Assembly (NCBI GenBank): GCA_902543535.1
Contig: CACBYG010000007.1
Coordinates: 3,746-67,745 of the forward strand
DNA length: 64,000 nucleotides
Direction: 5' to 3'
DNA from: an uncultured Pelagibacteraceae bacterium
GTDB taxonomy: Bacteria; Pseudomonadota; Alphaproteobacteria; Pelagibacterales; Pelagibacteraceae
In this document: positions 42,750-53,621 of the stretch, piece by piece
Layout: each line of letters begins with the position of its first letter
How positions within the stretch are numbered: position 1 is the first letter of the stretch
Notes under the pieces: generated by a model
The model's database searches: none
Told to the model about the DNA's origin: nothing
The model's input: only the letters and a program-made list of their open reading frames with translations
Program-made: the position numbers and the translations under genes

Positions 42750-43646
42750 TTATTTAAAAATTTTCAATGAAAAAATACAATACATATTTCCTAAACATCT
42801 AAAAAAATATTTTTTATTAAACGGAAATGATTTTATTAAAGAAATAAAAAACCTAAGCAAAACCCCAATAAAAAATAATTTTTTAGACAGATTGTGTTTA
42901 GAAACTATTCTATAACGATTTTTTATTTCTGTAATACCAAAATCAAATCCACTTCTATCAATATTATGAGGATGAGAAAATTTTGATGAAGATGATATCA
43001 AAATTTTTTTATTTTTTTTCATCAAATTTAAACTGAAGTCTAAATCTTCTAGATAGCTATATTGACCAAATGTTTCATCAAATGAAAAATATTTAATATC
43101 TTCATGTTTAAAAATACAGATAGTTGTAAATACCCAATCACCTAAAACATCTTTTTTCAAATTTAGTATCTTAGAATGCCAACCACTTTTAGCAACCTTG
43201 CCTGGACTATCTGGGTAAATATTTAAAAATTTAAATATTTTTTTTTTTTTAAGAGTTTCAAAAAAACTAATTTGGTGATCTTGTATTTGATTAAATCCAA
43301 AACCTGCAATGTTATTATGTTCTGAATACTGATTAATACATTGATTCATTTTTGTAAATGTATCATCAAATAAAGTTACATCGTCATCCATAAACATAAC
43401 AAACTTGTTCTGTTTAATTTTTTTCATCCCAAAGTTTCTTTGAAAAGAGGTTGAGGATTTTGTGTGAAAATACAAAATATTTTCCTCTATGCATTTATTC
43501 TTTATTTTTTCTGAGTGATTAAATTCTGAACTATCTACGACTAATATTTCATTAAAATTAAAAATAACTAATTTTTGAATTAAACTTATTAACTCATTTG
43601 ATCTATTTTTTGTTGGAATTATTAATGACGTTTTGTTAGTAAACAT
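42750..43646 (-). CDS. GT2 glycosyltransferase
   Basis: LIIPTKNR, VVDSS, QRNFG, FMDDD, FDE.F..YSYLEDLDFS. Confidence 0.88.
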   Translation of the reverse strand: MFTNKTSLIIPTKNRSNELISLIQKLVIFNFNEILVVDSSEFNHSEKIKNKCIEENILYFHTKSSTSFQRNFGMKKIKQNKFVMFMDDDVTLFDDTFTKMNQCINQYSEHNNIAGFGFNQIQDHQISFFETLKKKKIFKFLNIYPDSPGKVAKSGWHSKILNLKKDVLGDWVFTTICIFKHEDIKYFSFDETFGQYSYLEDLDFSLNLMKKNKKILISSSSKFSHPHNIDRSGFDFGITEIKNRYRIVSKHNLSKKLFFIGVLLRFFISLIKSFPFNKKYFFRCLGNMYCIFSLKIFK

Positions 43647-43689
43647 AATGTTATTTTACATACTTATACATATTAAGGAACTATAATAC

Positions 43690-44940
43690 GTGAAAATAAA
43701 TAACTATAATTTAATAATTAATAAAAATAATTTTATTATTATATTTTTTATATTTCTAATTTTAAATTATATATTCTTTAACTATCGTATTCTATTCAGA
43801 GAGAATGGATATATTTTGGGCGATTGGTTAATAAACTATAATGGTGGTTTTGTAAAAAGGGGCTTTATAGGGCATTTATTATTTAATATTTCTAAAGAAA
43901 TAAATATTTCATTAATTCATATTATATTTTTTTTTAGCTCATCAATTTATATTGCAACAATGATAATTCTTTACAGAATTATTAAAAATAAACTTCAGAT
44001 AAAAATATTATTATTTTTTTTATTTTTACCATCTGTTCTTTTATTTAATTTTTTTGATCCGCTTACAGTAGGCAGGAAAGAAATACTAATTCTTTTTTTC
44101 TTTTGTATTTATTATATAAATTTAGACAATAATAAATACTTATATAAAATTTCAATTTATTTTTTAAGTATAATTTTTTTGCTATCACATGAAATTCTAT
44201 TTTTTGAGCTTCCATATTTATTTTTACTTAGATATTTACATTTAAAAAAAAATAATAAAAATATTTTAGATTTTAAAGATTACAATTTGGAAATATTGAT
44301 ATTTTCTACTAGTTTGATTTTGATTTTTTTAATTTTTTTATTTACTAAATATCATAACAACGATCTTTTATGTAAATCTTTGACTGAAGTTGGATTAAAT
44401 ACAAATGTATGTTACGGAGCCATAAATGATTTAAAAATAAATGAAGTAATTTCTATATTGCACCCTTATTTTATTTTAAAAAATTATTATTTAAATTATT
44501 CCTTATATACATTTCTTACTCTATCTCCGTTAGCTTATGTTTATTTAAAATCAGAAAACTGTCTTTTTAAAAATAAACTAATTCTATTATTAGTAATTTG
44601 TTTTGCATTCTCTTTGATGTTTGCTCCACGTGTAAATGATTGGGGCAGATATTTAAATCTATCTTTCTTACTGCAATTTTTAATTTTTTTAAAATTTACT
44701 GAAATAAGTTTAGTCAAAAAGAATTTCACTTTTTTCGCTAATAAATATTTGAATATATTTATAATATTAGCTTTGCTTACAAGTTGGCATATGCCCCATT
44801 GCTGTAATCCAAGATTAGGAGATGGTTATTATGATATTTACTCAAGAATTAAATCTAGAATTTATGATCAAAGTGAAAATAGTACCAAATTTAATGATTT
44901 ACCAAGAGAGTACTTGAGAAAATTATTTAAAATTCATTAA
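43690..44940 (+). CDS. polytopic membrane protein, putative GT-C fold
   Basis: About 10 TMs, GDWLINYNGGFVKRG, GRKE, HE, DWGR motifs. Confidence 0.5.
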   Translation: MKINNYNLIINKNNFIIIFFIFLILNYIFFNYRILFRENGYILGDWLINYNGGFVKRGFIGHLLFNISKEINISLIHIIFFFSSSIYIATMIILYRIIKNKLQIKILLFFLFLPSVLLFNFFDPLTVGRKEILILFFFCIYYINLDNNKYLYKISIYFLSIIFLLSHEILFFELPYLFLLRYLHLKKNNKNILDFKDYNLEILIFSTSLILIFLIFLFTKYHNNDLLCKSLTEVGLNTNVCYGAINDLKINEVISILHPYFILKNYYLNYSLYTFLTLSPLAYVYLKSENCLFKNKLILLLVICFAFSLMFAPRVNDWGRYLNLSFLLQFLIFLKFTEISLVKKNFTFFANKYLNIFIILALLTSWHMPHCCNPRLGDGYYDIYSRIKSRIYDQSENSTKFNDLPREYLRKLFKIH

Positions 44941-46009
44941 TATATTTTAAAATTTGACTTTGAGATGTTTGCAAAAGATTTTTTTTATTTCTCAAAAATA
45001 CCCTATGCCATTCTGAAACTAATTTAATAGTAATATCAATATTATAAACAGGCTTCCAATTTAAAGTTTTTTTAGCTTTATCTGAGTTTAATCTCAATAT
45101 GTCACTTTCTTTATAATGATTTTTTTTATTAAATTTATTTACTACATGTACAGAATTTTGAAAATTTTTATTCAAAATTGAAACAATTTTTTTTACTTGT
45201 AAATTATTGATTTTTTTTGGCCCAAAGTTCCAAGCTCCATAAACTGATTTTTGTTTATTTGAAATTGACATGAGTAGCAAAATATACCCATATAATGGTT
45301 CTATAACATGTTGCCAGGGTCTTATAGCATTGGGGTATCTTAAGAGTAATTTTTTTTTAGTTTTTAAAGCTCTAAAAAAGTCAGGAATAATTCTGTTTGC
45401 TGAAAAATCACCACCTCCAATAACATTACCAGCCCTAACAGTTGCACATGAAATATTTTTATTTGAAAGAAATGAGTCGTAAAAAGATTTACAAACTAGT
45501 TCTGCACAAGCTTTCGAGTTACTGTAAGGATCAAATCCACCTAATTCATCACTCTCTTTAAAGAATTTTTTTGAGTTATTATTTTTATATACTTTATCTG
45601 TTGTAATAATTAACAAATTTTTTACAGATTTTATCTCATTTATTATATTCAAAATATTTAAAGTCCCCATCGTATTTACTTCGTATGTATATTTTGGATC
45701 ATCATAAGAATATCTTACTAATGGTTGGGCAGCCATATGAATTAGAAAATCTGGGGAAATTTTATAAATAGTCTTTTTTAATTTTTTATAATCTCTTAAA
45801 TCTCCAATCGTAGATTTTGTCATTATTTTTTTTATATTTGCTAAATTATAAAAACTAGATTTATCTGGCTTTAATGAATAGCCGTATACTTTTGCACCCA
45901 ATAAGTTTAAAAATACAGCCATCCAACTGCCCTTAAATCCTGTATGTCCGGTAATAAAAACTTTTTTATTTTTCCAAAACTTTTTAAGTTTTATAATTTT
46001 TTTACTCAT
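44927..46009 (-). CDS. rfbG: CDP-glucose 4,6-dehydratase
   Basis: FWKNKKVFITGHTGFKGSW, HMAAQPLVR, DPYSNSKAC, RAGNVIGGGD, RPWQHV. Confidence 0.96.
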   Translation of the reverse strand: MSKKIIKLKKFWKNKKVFITGHTGFKGSWMAVFLNLLGAKVYGYSLKPDKSSFYNLANIKKIMTKSTIGDLRDYKKLKKTIYKISPDFLIHMAAQPLVRYSYDDPKYTYEVNTMGTLNILNIINEIKSVKNLLIITTDKVYKNNNSKKFFKESDELGGFDPYSNSKACAELVCKSFYDSFLSNKNISCATVRAGNVIGGGDFSANRIIPDFFRALKTKKKLLLRYPNAIRPWQHVIEPLYGYILLLMSISNKQKSVYGAWNFGPKKINNLQVKKIVSILNKNFQNSVHVVNKFNKKNHYKESDILRLNSDKAKKTLNWKPVYNIDITIKLVSEWHRVFLRNKKNLLQTSQSQILKYINEF

Positions 46010-46772
46010 CCCAAATTTTCCAGGGAGCTTTTTTGGTAACCCATAATTCTTCTAGATAATTTTTATCTCTCAGTGTGTCCATTGCATACCAAAAACCATC
46101 TAATTTAAAAGCTGATAATTGTTTTTCTTTAGCTAGTTTTTCTAATGGCTCCTGCTCCCAAATACATGGAGACACAGAAATATAATTAAAGATTTTTTTG
46201 TTTAATACAAAAAATCCCCCATTTATCCAACCTCCATCACCTTTAGGTTTTTCAAGAAATTTTTTGACCATATTTTTTTCTAGGTCTATTGCACCAAATC
46301 GGCCAGCAGGTTTTACCGCTGTAACAGTAGCCAATTTTTTATTTTTTTTATGAAATTTGACTAATTTTTTTATATCAATATCTGCTACACCATCCCCGTA
46401 TGTTAGACAAAAATCATCATCAATGAATTGTTCAATTTTTTTAATTCTATCACCTGTCAAGCTATCCTGACCTGTGTCAACGAGCGTTATATTCCATGGT
46501 TCCGTTGTTTTTTTATGAACTTTTATTTTATTTGACCTAACATTTACTGTTATGTCAGTTGTATGTAATGAATAATTTGTGAAATACTCCTTAATTAAGT
46601 AACCTTTATATCCACAACAAATAACAAAATCGTTTAATCCATAGTGCGAATATGTTTTCATTATATGCCAGATTATAGGTTTGCCTCCAATCTCAACAAG
46701 AGGCTTAGGTCTAACTACGCTCTCTTCTGAAATTCTTGAACCAAGTCCTCCAGCTAATATAACAACTTTCAT
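46002..46772 (-). CDS. rfbF: glucose-1-phosphate cytidylyltransferase
   Basis: ILAGGLGSRISEE, PKPLVEIG, LTYGDG, WINGGFF, MDTLRDK. Confidence 0.97.
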   Translation of the reverse strand: MKVVILAGGLGSRISEESVVRPKPLVEIGGKPIIWHIMKTYSHYGLNDFVICCGYKGYLIKEYFTNYSLHTTDITVNVRSNKIKVHKKTTEPWNITLVDTGQDSLTGDRIKKIEQFIDDDFCLTYGDGVADIDIKKLVKFHKKNKKLATVTAVKPAGRFGAIDLEKNMVKKFLEKPKGDGGWINGGFFVLNKKIFNYISVSPCIWEQEPLEKLAKEKQLSAFKLDGFWYAMDTLRDKNYLEELWVTKKAPWKIWDE

Positions 46773-46855
46773 ATAAAATATTTTAATCTAAAATATTTAT
46801 ATTAAGTAAATAAAAATTACAAATTAATATATCTTTAATTTTATAATTTAAAATT

Positions 46856-48415
46856 ATGAACTTTTTATCAAAACGTAAATACGAATTTTTATTTAGTCTT
46901 GGTGCTGTTGGGATAATTTTTTATTCAACATATCTTGGATTCGAACACAGTATTTATAATCAAGATTACCATCACTCATCTTTCATTCTATCAATGGTTT
47001 TAGATTATAAAAATGGTCTCAAGTTATTTAAAGATATCTTTTTACAATATGGACCTGGGCAAATAATAATTTTTGACTTAATAAATAATTTTACTGAGCT
47101 AAATATTGTAAATATATCTAAATTTACTTCTTTGATTTATTCAGCAAATCTTTTTTTACTGTTTATAATATTTAAAAATTTATCATCATCGCAGATTTCT
47201 TTTTTATTAATTTTAACTCTCTTTTTAATACACCCCTATGTTATATTACCTTGGCCTGATTATTTGTCAGGTTTATCCTTAAGTTTATTTTTTTTCTTTT
47301 TCCTTAGAAAAAATACAAGTATAAATACCTTTATTTGTAGTTTTTTTTTATTTTTAGCTATTTTTTTTAGAAGTACCTACATTCTTAATATTTTATTTTC
47401 TATTTTTATTTATTGCTTAATCTTTTTTTTCTTTAATAAAGATAATATTTTAAAAAATATTTTTAGAATATTAATTTTTTTAGTTTCAATATTTTTTATA
47501 ATTCTTTTTTATTTTAATACTTTTTCTGACTGGATTAATCAAAGTATTCTATTTATTTCTGCATACGCTGAGGAAACAAAACATTTAGAACTATATGATA
47601 AAATTACTTCTTATGTTGGAAAATATGGCTTTATAATTTTAAAGATTTTTTATTATATTTTTAATTCTACAATTAAATTATTCAATATTTCAAATATAGA
47701 AAATATAATTTTTGTATTTTTTATAATAATTAATTTTGTTTATTTATTTAAGGTTATTAGAAATAAATTAATCTTGAATAGTATTGAAGAAAAAAAAATT
47801 ATATTTTTACTTATTTTAGGTCTTTCTGGATTCGTTCAGGCATTGATGTTGATGGAAATTTTTAGAATTTTTAATGCAACAATGGCGATGTTCATAAGTG
47901 GTATATTTTTTTTAAGAAATTCTAATTATATAAATTTTATTAATAAATATAAAAAACTACTTTTATTATTAATATTTTCCTATATTTCAATATTATTTTT
48001 AAACCTTCCTATTAAAAATTACGATGAAACAAATTTTTTCAAGTTAGAAAATTCGTATTTTAAGGATAAAAAACTAACAAAAAAAAATAGGGATTATTAT
48101 AAAAATTTAAATAATTTTATTTGTAACCAAGAAAATATAATTTTAATTAATATTTCCTGGGATTATGCATTGCCACACATATGTGATGAAAAAATAATAA
48201 AAAGTAAGTCATCTATGGCAAAAAGGTTTTTAAGAAGAATGAAGAAAAATGAATATGATAGAATAATTATTAAATCAAATTTAATTAAAAATGAAATATT
48301 ATTTATTGATGAAAAAATTAATAATCCAAAATTAAAACTAATTACAATCTTTGAAAGTCAGGTAGAACCTAGGCAATGGTATAATGATATCTATGTATAT
48401 AAAAAAATTAATTAA
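46856..48415 (+). CDS. polytopic membrane protein, putative GT-C fold
   Basis: First loop QDYHH..G.KLFKDIFLQYGPG, LPWPDY, more than 10 TMs, soluble C-terminal domain. Confidence 0.55.
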   Translation: MNFLSKRKYEFLFSLGAVGIIFYSTYLGFEHSIYNQDYHHSSFILSMVLDYKNGLKLFKDIFLQYGPGQIIIFDLINNFTELNIVNISKFTSLIYSANLFLLFIIFKNLSSSQISFLLILTLFLIHPYVILPWPDYLSGLSLSLFFFFFLRKNTSINTFICSFFLFLAIFFRSTYILNILFSIFIYCLIFFFFNKDNILKNIFRILIFLVSIFFIILFYFNTFSDWINQSILFISAYAEETKHLELYDKITSYVGKYGFIILKIFYYIFNSTIKLFNISNIENIIFVFFIIINFVYLFKVIRNKLILNSIEEKKIIFLLILGLSGFVQALMLMEIFRIFNATMAMFISGIFFLRNSNYINFINKYKKLLLLLIFSYISILFLNLPIKNYDETNFFKLENSYFKDKKLTKKNRDYYKNLNNFICNQENIILINISWDYALPHICDEKIIKSKSSMAKRFLRRMKKNEYDRIIIKSNLIKNEILFIDEKINNPKLKLITIFESQVEPRQWYNDIYVYKKIN

Positions 48416-48418
48416 ATT

Positions 48419-49411
48419 TTATTTTTTTAAAGATAATATCTTAATGATCAAAACATAAAATATTAGAGAAATTACTAAAGAGAAAATTGAATTTACTATT
48501 AATAAATAGGATAAAAATGGAAAAATTAAAAAAGATTGTATGGCTAAATAACTGTTGAGAAAGTTTGTTTTATTAATCATGAGATGGTGAATGTGATTAT
48601 TATCAGGACTAAATGGGTGTTTATTTTTAACTAACCTTTGAATTGCAAGCCTCAACAGCTCAAAGCCAGGTATCATCATTATTAAGAAAATTTCATCTGC
48701 GTAAATTCTAAAACCTAAATTGTATGATTTAATAAAAAAATAGCTTATTATAAAACCTAGGAGTATTGTTCCACTGTCACCAAGAAACATTTTATCTTTA
48801 AAATTAAAATATAAAAAAATAGATAAAGGAATAATTAATCCTATAAAAAAGTTTGCATTTATATTAAGAAAAAACATAATTAAACTTATGAAAATTGTGT
48901 AGCTTGCCGCTTGTCCATTTATCCCATCAAGCATATTTAAAGAATTTATAAATAGTAAAAAACACAGAATAGTGAAAAAAAAACTTAAATTATGAAAATA
49001 AAAAATAAAGTCAGTAAATGTAAAGGTAATATTTTTAATAATTAAATCTTTATCAAAAATTATTAGAATTAAAATAATAAGAATATAAATAAATAATTTT
49101 AAATTTGGTCTAAGATTATATTTGTCATCAACAAACCCAACCAAGAAAAAACAAAGCGAACAAAATAGGAAAATTAAAATTTCATTTTTATTCTCAAAAA
49201 AATTTAAATTTGAGATTTCGTAATATTCTGCAAAGCAATATAAGATAAGATTTATTAAAATTAGTAGACCACCCAAAAGAGAGATAGGTTTTTTATGTTT
49301 CTTTCTTTTATTATCTGGAATATCATAGACATTATATATTGTTGATATTTTTTTATGATTAACAAAAAAAATTAAATTTAAAGCCAATATTGTTACAAAA
49401 TATAAATTCAT
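48419..49411 (-). CDS. undecaprenyl-phosphate sugar-1-phosphate transferase (WecA/MraY family)
   Basis: DIPDNKRKKH..P..LGG, GFVDD, NMLDGING, FLGDSG, D..HIHH. Confidence 0.9.
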   Translation of the reverse strand: MNLYFVTILALNLIFFVNHKKISTIYNVYDIPDNKRKKHKKPISLLGGLLILINLILYCFAEYYEISNLNFFENKNEILIFLFCSLCFFLVGFVDDKYNLRPNLKLFIYILIILILIIFDKDLIIKNITFTFTDFIFYFHNLSFFFTILCFLLFINSLNMLDGINGQAASYTIFISLIMFFLNINANFFIGLIIPLSIFLYFNFKDKMFLGDSGTILLGFIISYFFIKSYNLGFRIYADEIFLIMMIPGFELLRLAIQRLVKNKHPFSPDNNHIHHLMINKTNFLNSYLAIQSFLIFPFLSYLLIVNSIFSLVISLIFYVLIIKILSLKK

Positions 49412-50700
49412 CTTACTTTAAATGATGATAAGTATAAACCAATGGATAGATGAAAAATAATCAACATCCAGTTATTAAAATAACTTCCAGACGTCATTAA
49501 AGGAAATAATTGTAAAACAATTCCTGTTAGAATTAAAATTTTACCCAAATTATTATTATTAATCTCTTTTAAAATAAGGTTTTTATATGTGTAATAAATC
49601 AGTTTAAAAGTTGAGTAAACAAATATTGTTAAAACGAAAAATATTCCTAAAAATCCTAGCTCTGATAAATATTCTAGATAAATATTATGAGGATGAGTAT
49701 TACATCCATTTTTATATTCATTAATATAATTGTTTTTATTTAAATTAGGCTTTTTTTTAATATCTATTGATTGCTTTATTTTAATTTTATCCTCATAAAT
49801 CTTATCTGAACATTTATATCTAAATGATTTTAATCCATGCCCTAATATTTTTTTATCCATAAACATATCAAAAGCTGTTTTAAAATGTAAAGTGTGTCTA
49901 TAACTAAAAATTGATTTATGCTGAGTTATTTGTGAGAGTGTATCGTTGTAAAGTCTTTCAATAATTGTTGGTTTATATGAAATACTTATAATTGTAGTTA
50001 TAATTAATAAAGAAAAAAATTTTAAAAAATATTTTTTTGTTACTAAAAAATAAGTAAAAATAATTCCAATATAATAAAAAAGCGCAAGACGTTCACCGCT
50101 AAGTATAATTAAAATTCCTGAAAATATTAATAATAAAAGGTTAAAGAAATATTTATTTTTCAGATTTATAAAAAAAGAGCTAGCAAGAGCAACTGGCAAA
50201 AGACGACTTACGTAGCTACCCATTATCAACTCATCACCAAAAAAACTTGAAATTCTATTAGGATGTATTTCTTTATCTCTGAAAATATTTAATTCAAAAA
50301 AAGATTGCAATATAGAGTCAATTAATAAAGAAATTATTGATAAATAAAAAATAAGATAAAGTATTTTGTAAATATTTTGGCGCTTGGAAATAAAATAAGC
50401 TAATGCAAAAATAAACAAACATATTCTTAAAAAAGGAACCGATGTTGAATAAGAGAGCATTGGATTAAATGAGAAGAAGGAGTTTAAATTTAAATAAATG
50501 TAAAATATAATAAAAAAGTTGATATAAATCTTATTTTGATAAAAAAAATCCTTCCAGACTTTAAATCTTAGACTGTAGATAATGAAAATTAAGCCCAAAA
50601 TTATACAAAATAAATCTGTTAAAAAAGGTCCTGTTATGAGCAAAATAGGAAATAGTCCAATAATTACATAAGCTGAAATATAAAAAAAATTTTTTTCCAC
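49408..50700 (-). CDS. O-antigen ligase family protein
   Basis: RISSFFGDE, SGER, GHGLKSFR..C, CNTHPHNIYLEYLSELG. Confidence 0.85.
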   Translation of the reverse strand: MEKNFFYISAYVIIGLFPILLITGPFLTDLFCIILGLIFIIYSLRFKVWKDFFYQNKIYINFFIIFYIYLNLNSFFSFNPMLSYSTSVPFLRICLFIFALAYFISKRQNIYKILYLIFYLSIISLLIDSILQSFFELNIFRDKEIHPNRISSFFGDELIMGSYVSRLLPVALASSFFINLKNKYFFNLLLLIFSGILIILSGERLALFYYIGIIFTYFLVTKKYFLKFFSLLIITTIISISYKPTIIERLYNDTLSQITQHKSIFSYRHTLHFKTAFDMFMDKKILGHGLKSFRYKCSDKIYEDKIKIKQSIDIKKKPNLNKNNYINEYKNGCNTHPHNIYLEYLSELGFLGIFFVLTIFVYSTFKLIYYTYKNLILKEINNNNLGKILILTGIVLQLFPLMTSGSYFNNWMLIIFHLSIGLYLSSFKVR

Positions 50701-50825
50701 TATAGGTAATTATATTTAATTCTTACTAAACCCCAATAAAATTGTTTGCATTGATTATATTAAAGATTTAATTGAGTTTTTTATAAAATTCTCTAATTAA
50801 TAATCTAGTACAATTAAAAATAATA

Positions 50826-52301
50826 ATGAAGGTCTCTATTATTACTGTTTGTTTAAACAGCAAAAAAACAATTAAGTATACCTTAAATTCGATTTTATCA
50901 CAAAATTATGAGAATATTGAACACATACTTGTTGATGGGGGTTCAACAGATGGAACAAAAGATATTTTGAAAAAATATCAATTTAAAAATAAAAAAGTTT
51001 TTTTTTTTAAGAAAAAATCTCTTTATAGTTCAATTAATTTTGGAATAAAAAAAGCTAAAGGAGATTTAATATCAATTTTACACTCTGATGATATTTATAA
51101 TAATAATTTTGTTATTAAAAAAGTCGTAAATACTGCTTTAAGTTCAAATAAAAAAATTTTTTTTGGAAATGTGGTTTATTTTAAAAAAACAAATTTTAGC
51201 AAAGTTACAAGATATTACTCCTCTTTAAATATCTCTAAAAGATCTTTTGCATATGGAAATATGCCTCCTCACACAGGATCCTTTTACAGGAGAGAGATAT
51301 TTAACAGATATGGACCTTATAATAGTGAATTTAAAATTGCAGGAGATTTTGAGCATTTATTTAGATTAATTTATATATGTAATTTAAAATTTAAAAATTT
51401 AAATTTTATTACTACAAGAATGCGAGCAGGTGGCTTGTCGGGTAGAAATATAAATTCTTTTATAACAATAAATAGAGAAATTTTAAAAACTTTTCAAATT
51501 TATAAAAAGAGAACTAATTTATTTAAAATACTTTTGAGAGTTCCCCCCAAAATATCTCAATATTTATTTTTAAATCAAAAAAGATTAAACCAAAATTTTA
51601 AATATACAGTTGATAAATTTTATAAAGATGAATTTTACGATAAAATAAATGTTATTCAGAACATTCAAAAACTTAATTTTAATAAAAATTTTATTCTTTC
51701 AGCATTAAATCTTGCATTTGTTGGATCTTTATCAAGGGGTGAGATTAAATTAAATAAAAATTTAATTAACTGGCCAGATGGTATTTTTTCGAAAATTTAT
51801 CAAAAAAAACTAAAAAAAATACCTGGACGAGAAGTTATTAAAAAATTAAATATTGGTAAGCATATAAATAGAATTATAGTCTTCGGTAACTTATCTAATA
51901 ATAGTAAAAAATATTTAATTTCTAAATTTAAAATAAAAATAATTCATAAAAATCTTCCATTTGGAACTATTAGACAAATTACAAAAAAAATAAATTACAA
52001 GATCAAACAGAAAGATTTAATCTTTTTAACATTACCAACACCAAAGCAGGAGCAAGTTGCAGAATTTCTTCAATCAAAAAACCAAAAATATAAAATCATT
52101 TGTATTGGTGGATCAATTGGTATTGTTTCTGGAGATGAGAAAGAAGTCCCTAAAAAATTATTTTATTTAGAATTTTTGTGGAGGTTAAGATATGAAACGC
52201 TTAGAAGGTTAAAACGATTAATTATTACATTTTATCAATATATAACTGATGCATTATTTTTCAGAAAAACAAATAAAATAAAAATAAATTTTATAAATTA
52301 A
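50826..52301 (+). CDS. GT2 fused to a WecB/TagA/CpsF (GT26)-like domain
   Basis: N-terminal: SIITVCLN, VDGGSTDGT, LHSDD, PPH, AGDFE. C-terminal: WPDG, KIPGRE, LPTPKQE, IGGSI, LEFLWRL. Confidence 0.82.
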   Translation: MKVSIITVCLNSKKTIKYTLNSILSQNYENIEHILVDGGSTDGTKDILKKYQFKNKKVFFFKKKSLYSSINFGIKKAKGDLISILHSDDIYNNNFVIKKVVNTALSSNKKIFFGNVVYFKKTNFSKVTRYYSSLNISKRSFAYGNMPPHTGSFYRREIFNRYGPYNSEFKIAGDFEHLFRLIYICNLKFKNLNFITTRMRAGGLSGRNINSFITINREILKTFQIYKKRTNLFKILLRVPPKISQYLFLNQKRLNQNFKYTVDKFYKDEFYDKINVIQNIQKLNFNKNFILSALNLAFVGSLSRGEIKLNKNLINWPDGIFSKIYQKKLKKIPGREVIKKLNIGKHINRIIVFGNLSNNSKKYLISKFKIKIIHKNLPFGTIRQITKKINYKIKQKDLIFLTLPTPKQEQVAEFLQSKNQKYKIICIGGSIGIVSGDEKEVPKKLFYLEFLWRLRYETLRRLKRLIITFYQYITDALFFRKTNKIKINFIN

Positions 52302-52319
52302 ATTTTATTTTTGATGTAA

Positions 52320-53621
52320 TTATTTTTTTATTTTATTCAAAAAATCTACACATATAAATATTAAAAAACCCGATAAAGCAAAAACTATGCGGTTCAAGGT
52401 TAGTGGAGCTAGCCATGAAACTTCCTCTGTAGTATTAAGAAAAATCAAGAAAACAAAAGTAAAAGTCAAAAATAAGTAACTTAAAACAAACTTATATTTA
52501 TCAAAAAAATTTGGACTTAAACCTAAAAATAGTAAAGATATTAAAATTATAAGCCAGATTGGGTACTTAAAGAAAGTTATAATAAAATATTTAGTAATTA
52601 TAATAATTTTTGTGAATAAGTATTCAAATTGTAAATTTTTAAACGTTTCAGCATTAACTACATCGTCATTAAATCTTAAAGAATCAAAATATATATTTTT
52701 AATATAGATGAAGCAAAATAGCATTATTAAAGCTGAAAGTGAAAAAATAAATTTTTTAAATAAATCTCTTTTCGCATGAATCAGAAATAAAATATTCAAA
52801 ATAATAAAATAAAAAAAACCTTCTTGCTTAATCCACATTATTGTATTTGTTGTAAAGAGTATTAAAAGCTCTGGAAAATAGTTTGAACTGTTTATATTTT
52901 TCCCTAAAAAAAATTTTACAAAAAAATTTGAAAAGCAAAAAAATATAAAAAAAAGAAAATATTCTTGGTACCCACCAAAAAGGAAAAAATTTGTGGAAAG
53001 ATATATAATTACAAAAATAAAAAAAAATTTTTCAAAATCAGAAAATTTTTCACTAAACCTAGAATTTAAAGAAAAGATTGCTACTAAAAAAATAAAAATA
53101 AAAAATAACCTTCCTAAATACTCATTTTGAATTAAGCTATTTTTCCAAAAAAAAGCCCAAATGTAAGATCCAAGATGAGGATAATAATCAAATGGAAGTC
53201 CAACTAAATCTTTATACTCACCGCCGTGATAATAAACAGATGCTTTATAAATCCAATGACCTAATCCATCCCAATCAAGATATGCATTTTTTATAATTAT
53301 TAGAGAAATTGAATAAAATATTACAATAAAAAATATATTTAAAAAAAAATTTTTTTTTATTAGTTTTATATAGTCTTTAATAAAGTGAAAAAAAATTAAT
53401 AACATACCTACCAAGTACATAAAAAAGATAAAATTCAAATTAATCAAAAAAAACGATAAGATTAATAATAAATTACAATTTACCACTATGTTGATTAGCA
53501 TGCTCTCCGAATAGGTGACATTCAGAATAGAGTATTTTTTTAACAAATAAAAATTAAATGGTAAATTTGAAAAAATTAACAAGCAGCCTAAAGTTAAAAA
53601 AAGAGAAAAAATTTCTATCAT
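52320..53621 (-). CDS. polytopic membrane protein, GT39/PMT-like (GT-C)
   Basis: WDGLGHWIYKA, YYPHL, GGYQE, WIKQEG, about 11 TMs. Confidence 0.55.
   Translation of the reverse strand: MIEIFSLFLTLGCLLIFSNLPFNFYLLKKYSILNVTYSESMLINIVVNCNLLLILSFFLINLNFIFFMYLVGMLLIFFHFIKDYIKLIKKNFFLNIFFIVIFYSISLIIIKNAYLDWDGLGHWIYKASVYYHGGEYKDLVGLPFDYYPHLGSYIWAFFWKNSLIQNEYLGRLFFIFIFLVAIFSLNSRFSEKFSDFEKFFFIFVIIYLSTNFFLFGGYQEYFLFFIFFCFSNFFVKFFLGKNINSSNYFPELLILFTTNTIMWIKQEGFFYFIILNILFLIHAKRDLFKKFIFSLSALIMLFCFIYIKNIYFDSLRFNDDVVNAETFKNLQFEYLFTKIIIITKYFIITFFKYPIWLIILISLLFLGLSPNFFDKYKFVLSYLFLTFTFVFLIFLNTTEEVSWLAPLTLNRIVFALSGFLIFICVDFLNKIKK

Noticed and set aside
46773-46800. AT-only inverted repeat upstream of rfbF, and the (TAAA)n run near 40190-40210
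   Set aside because: Almost no G/C, so not distinguishable from background.
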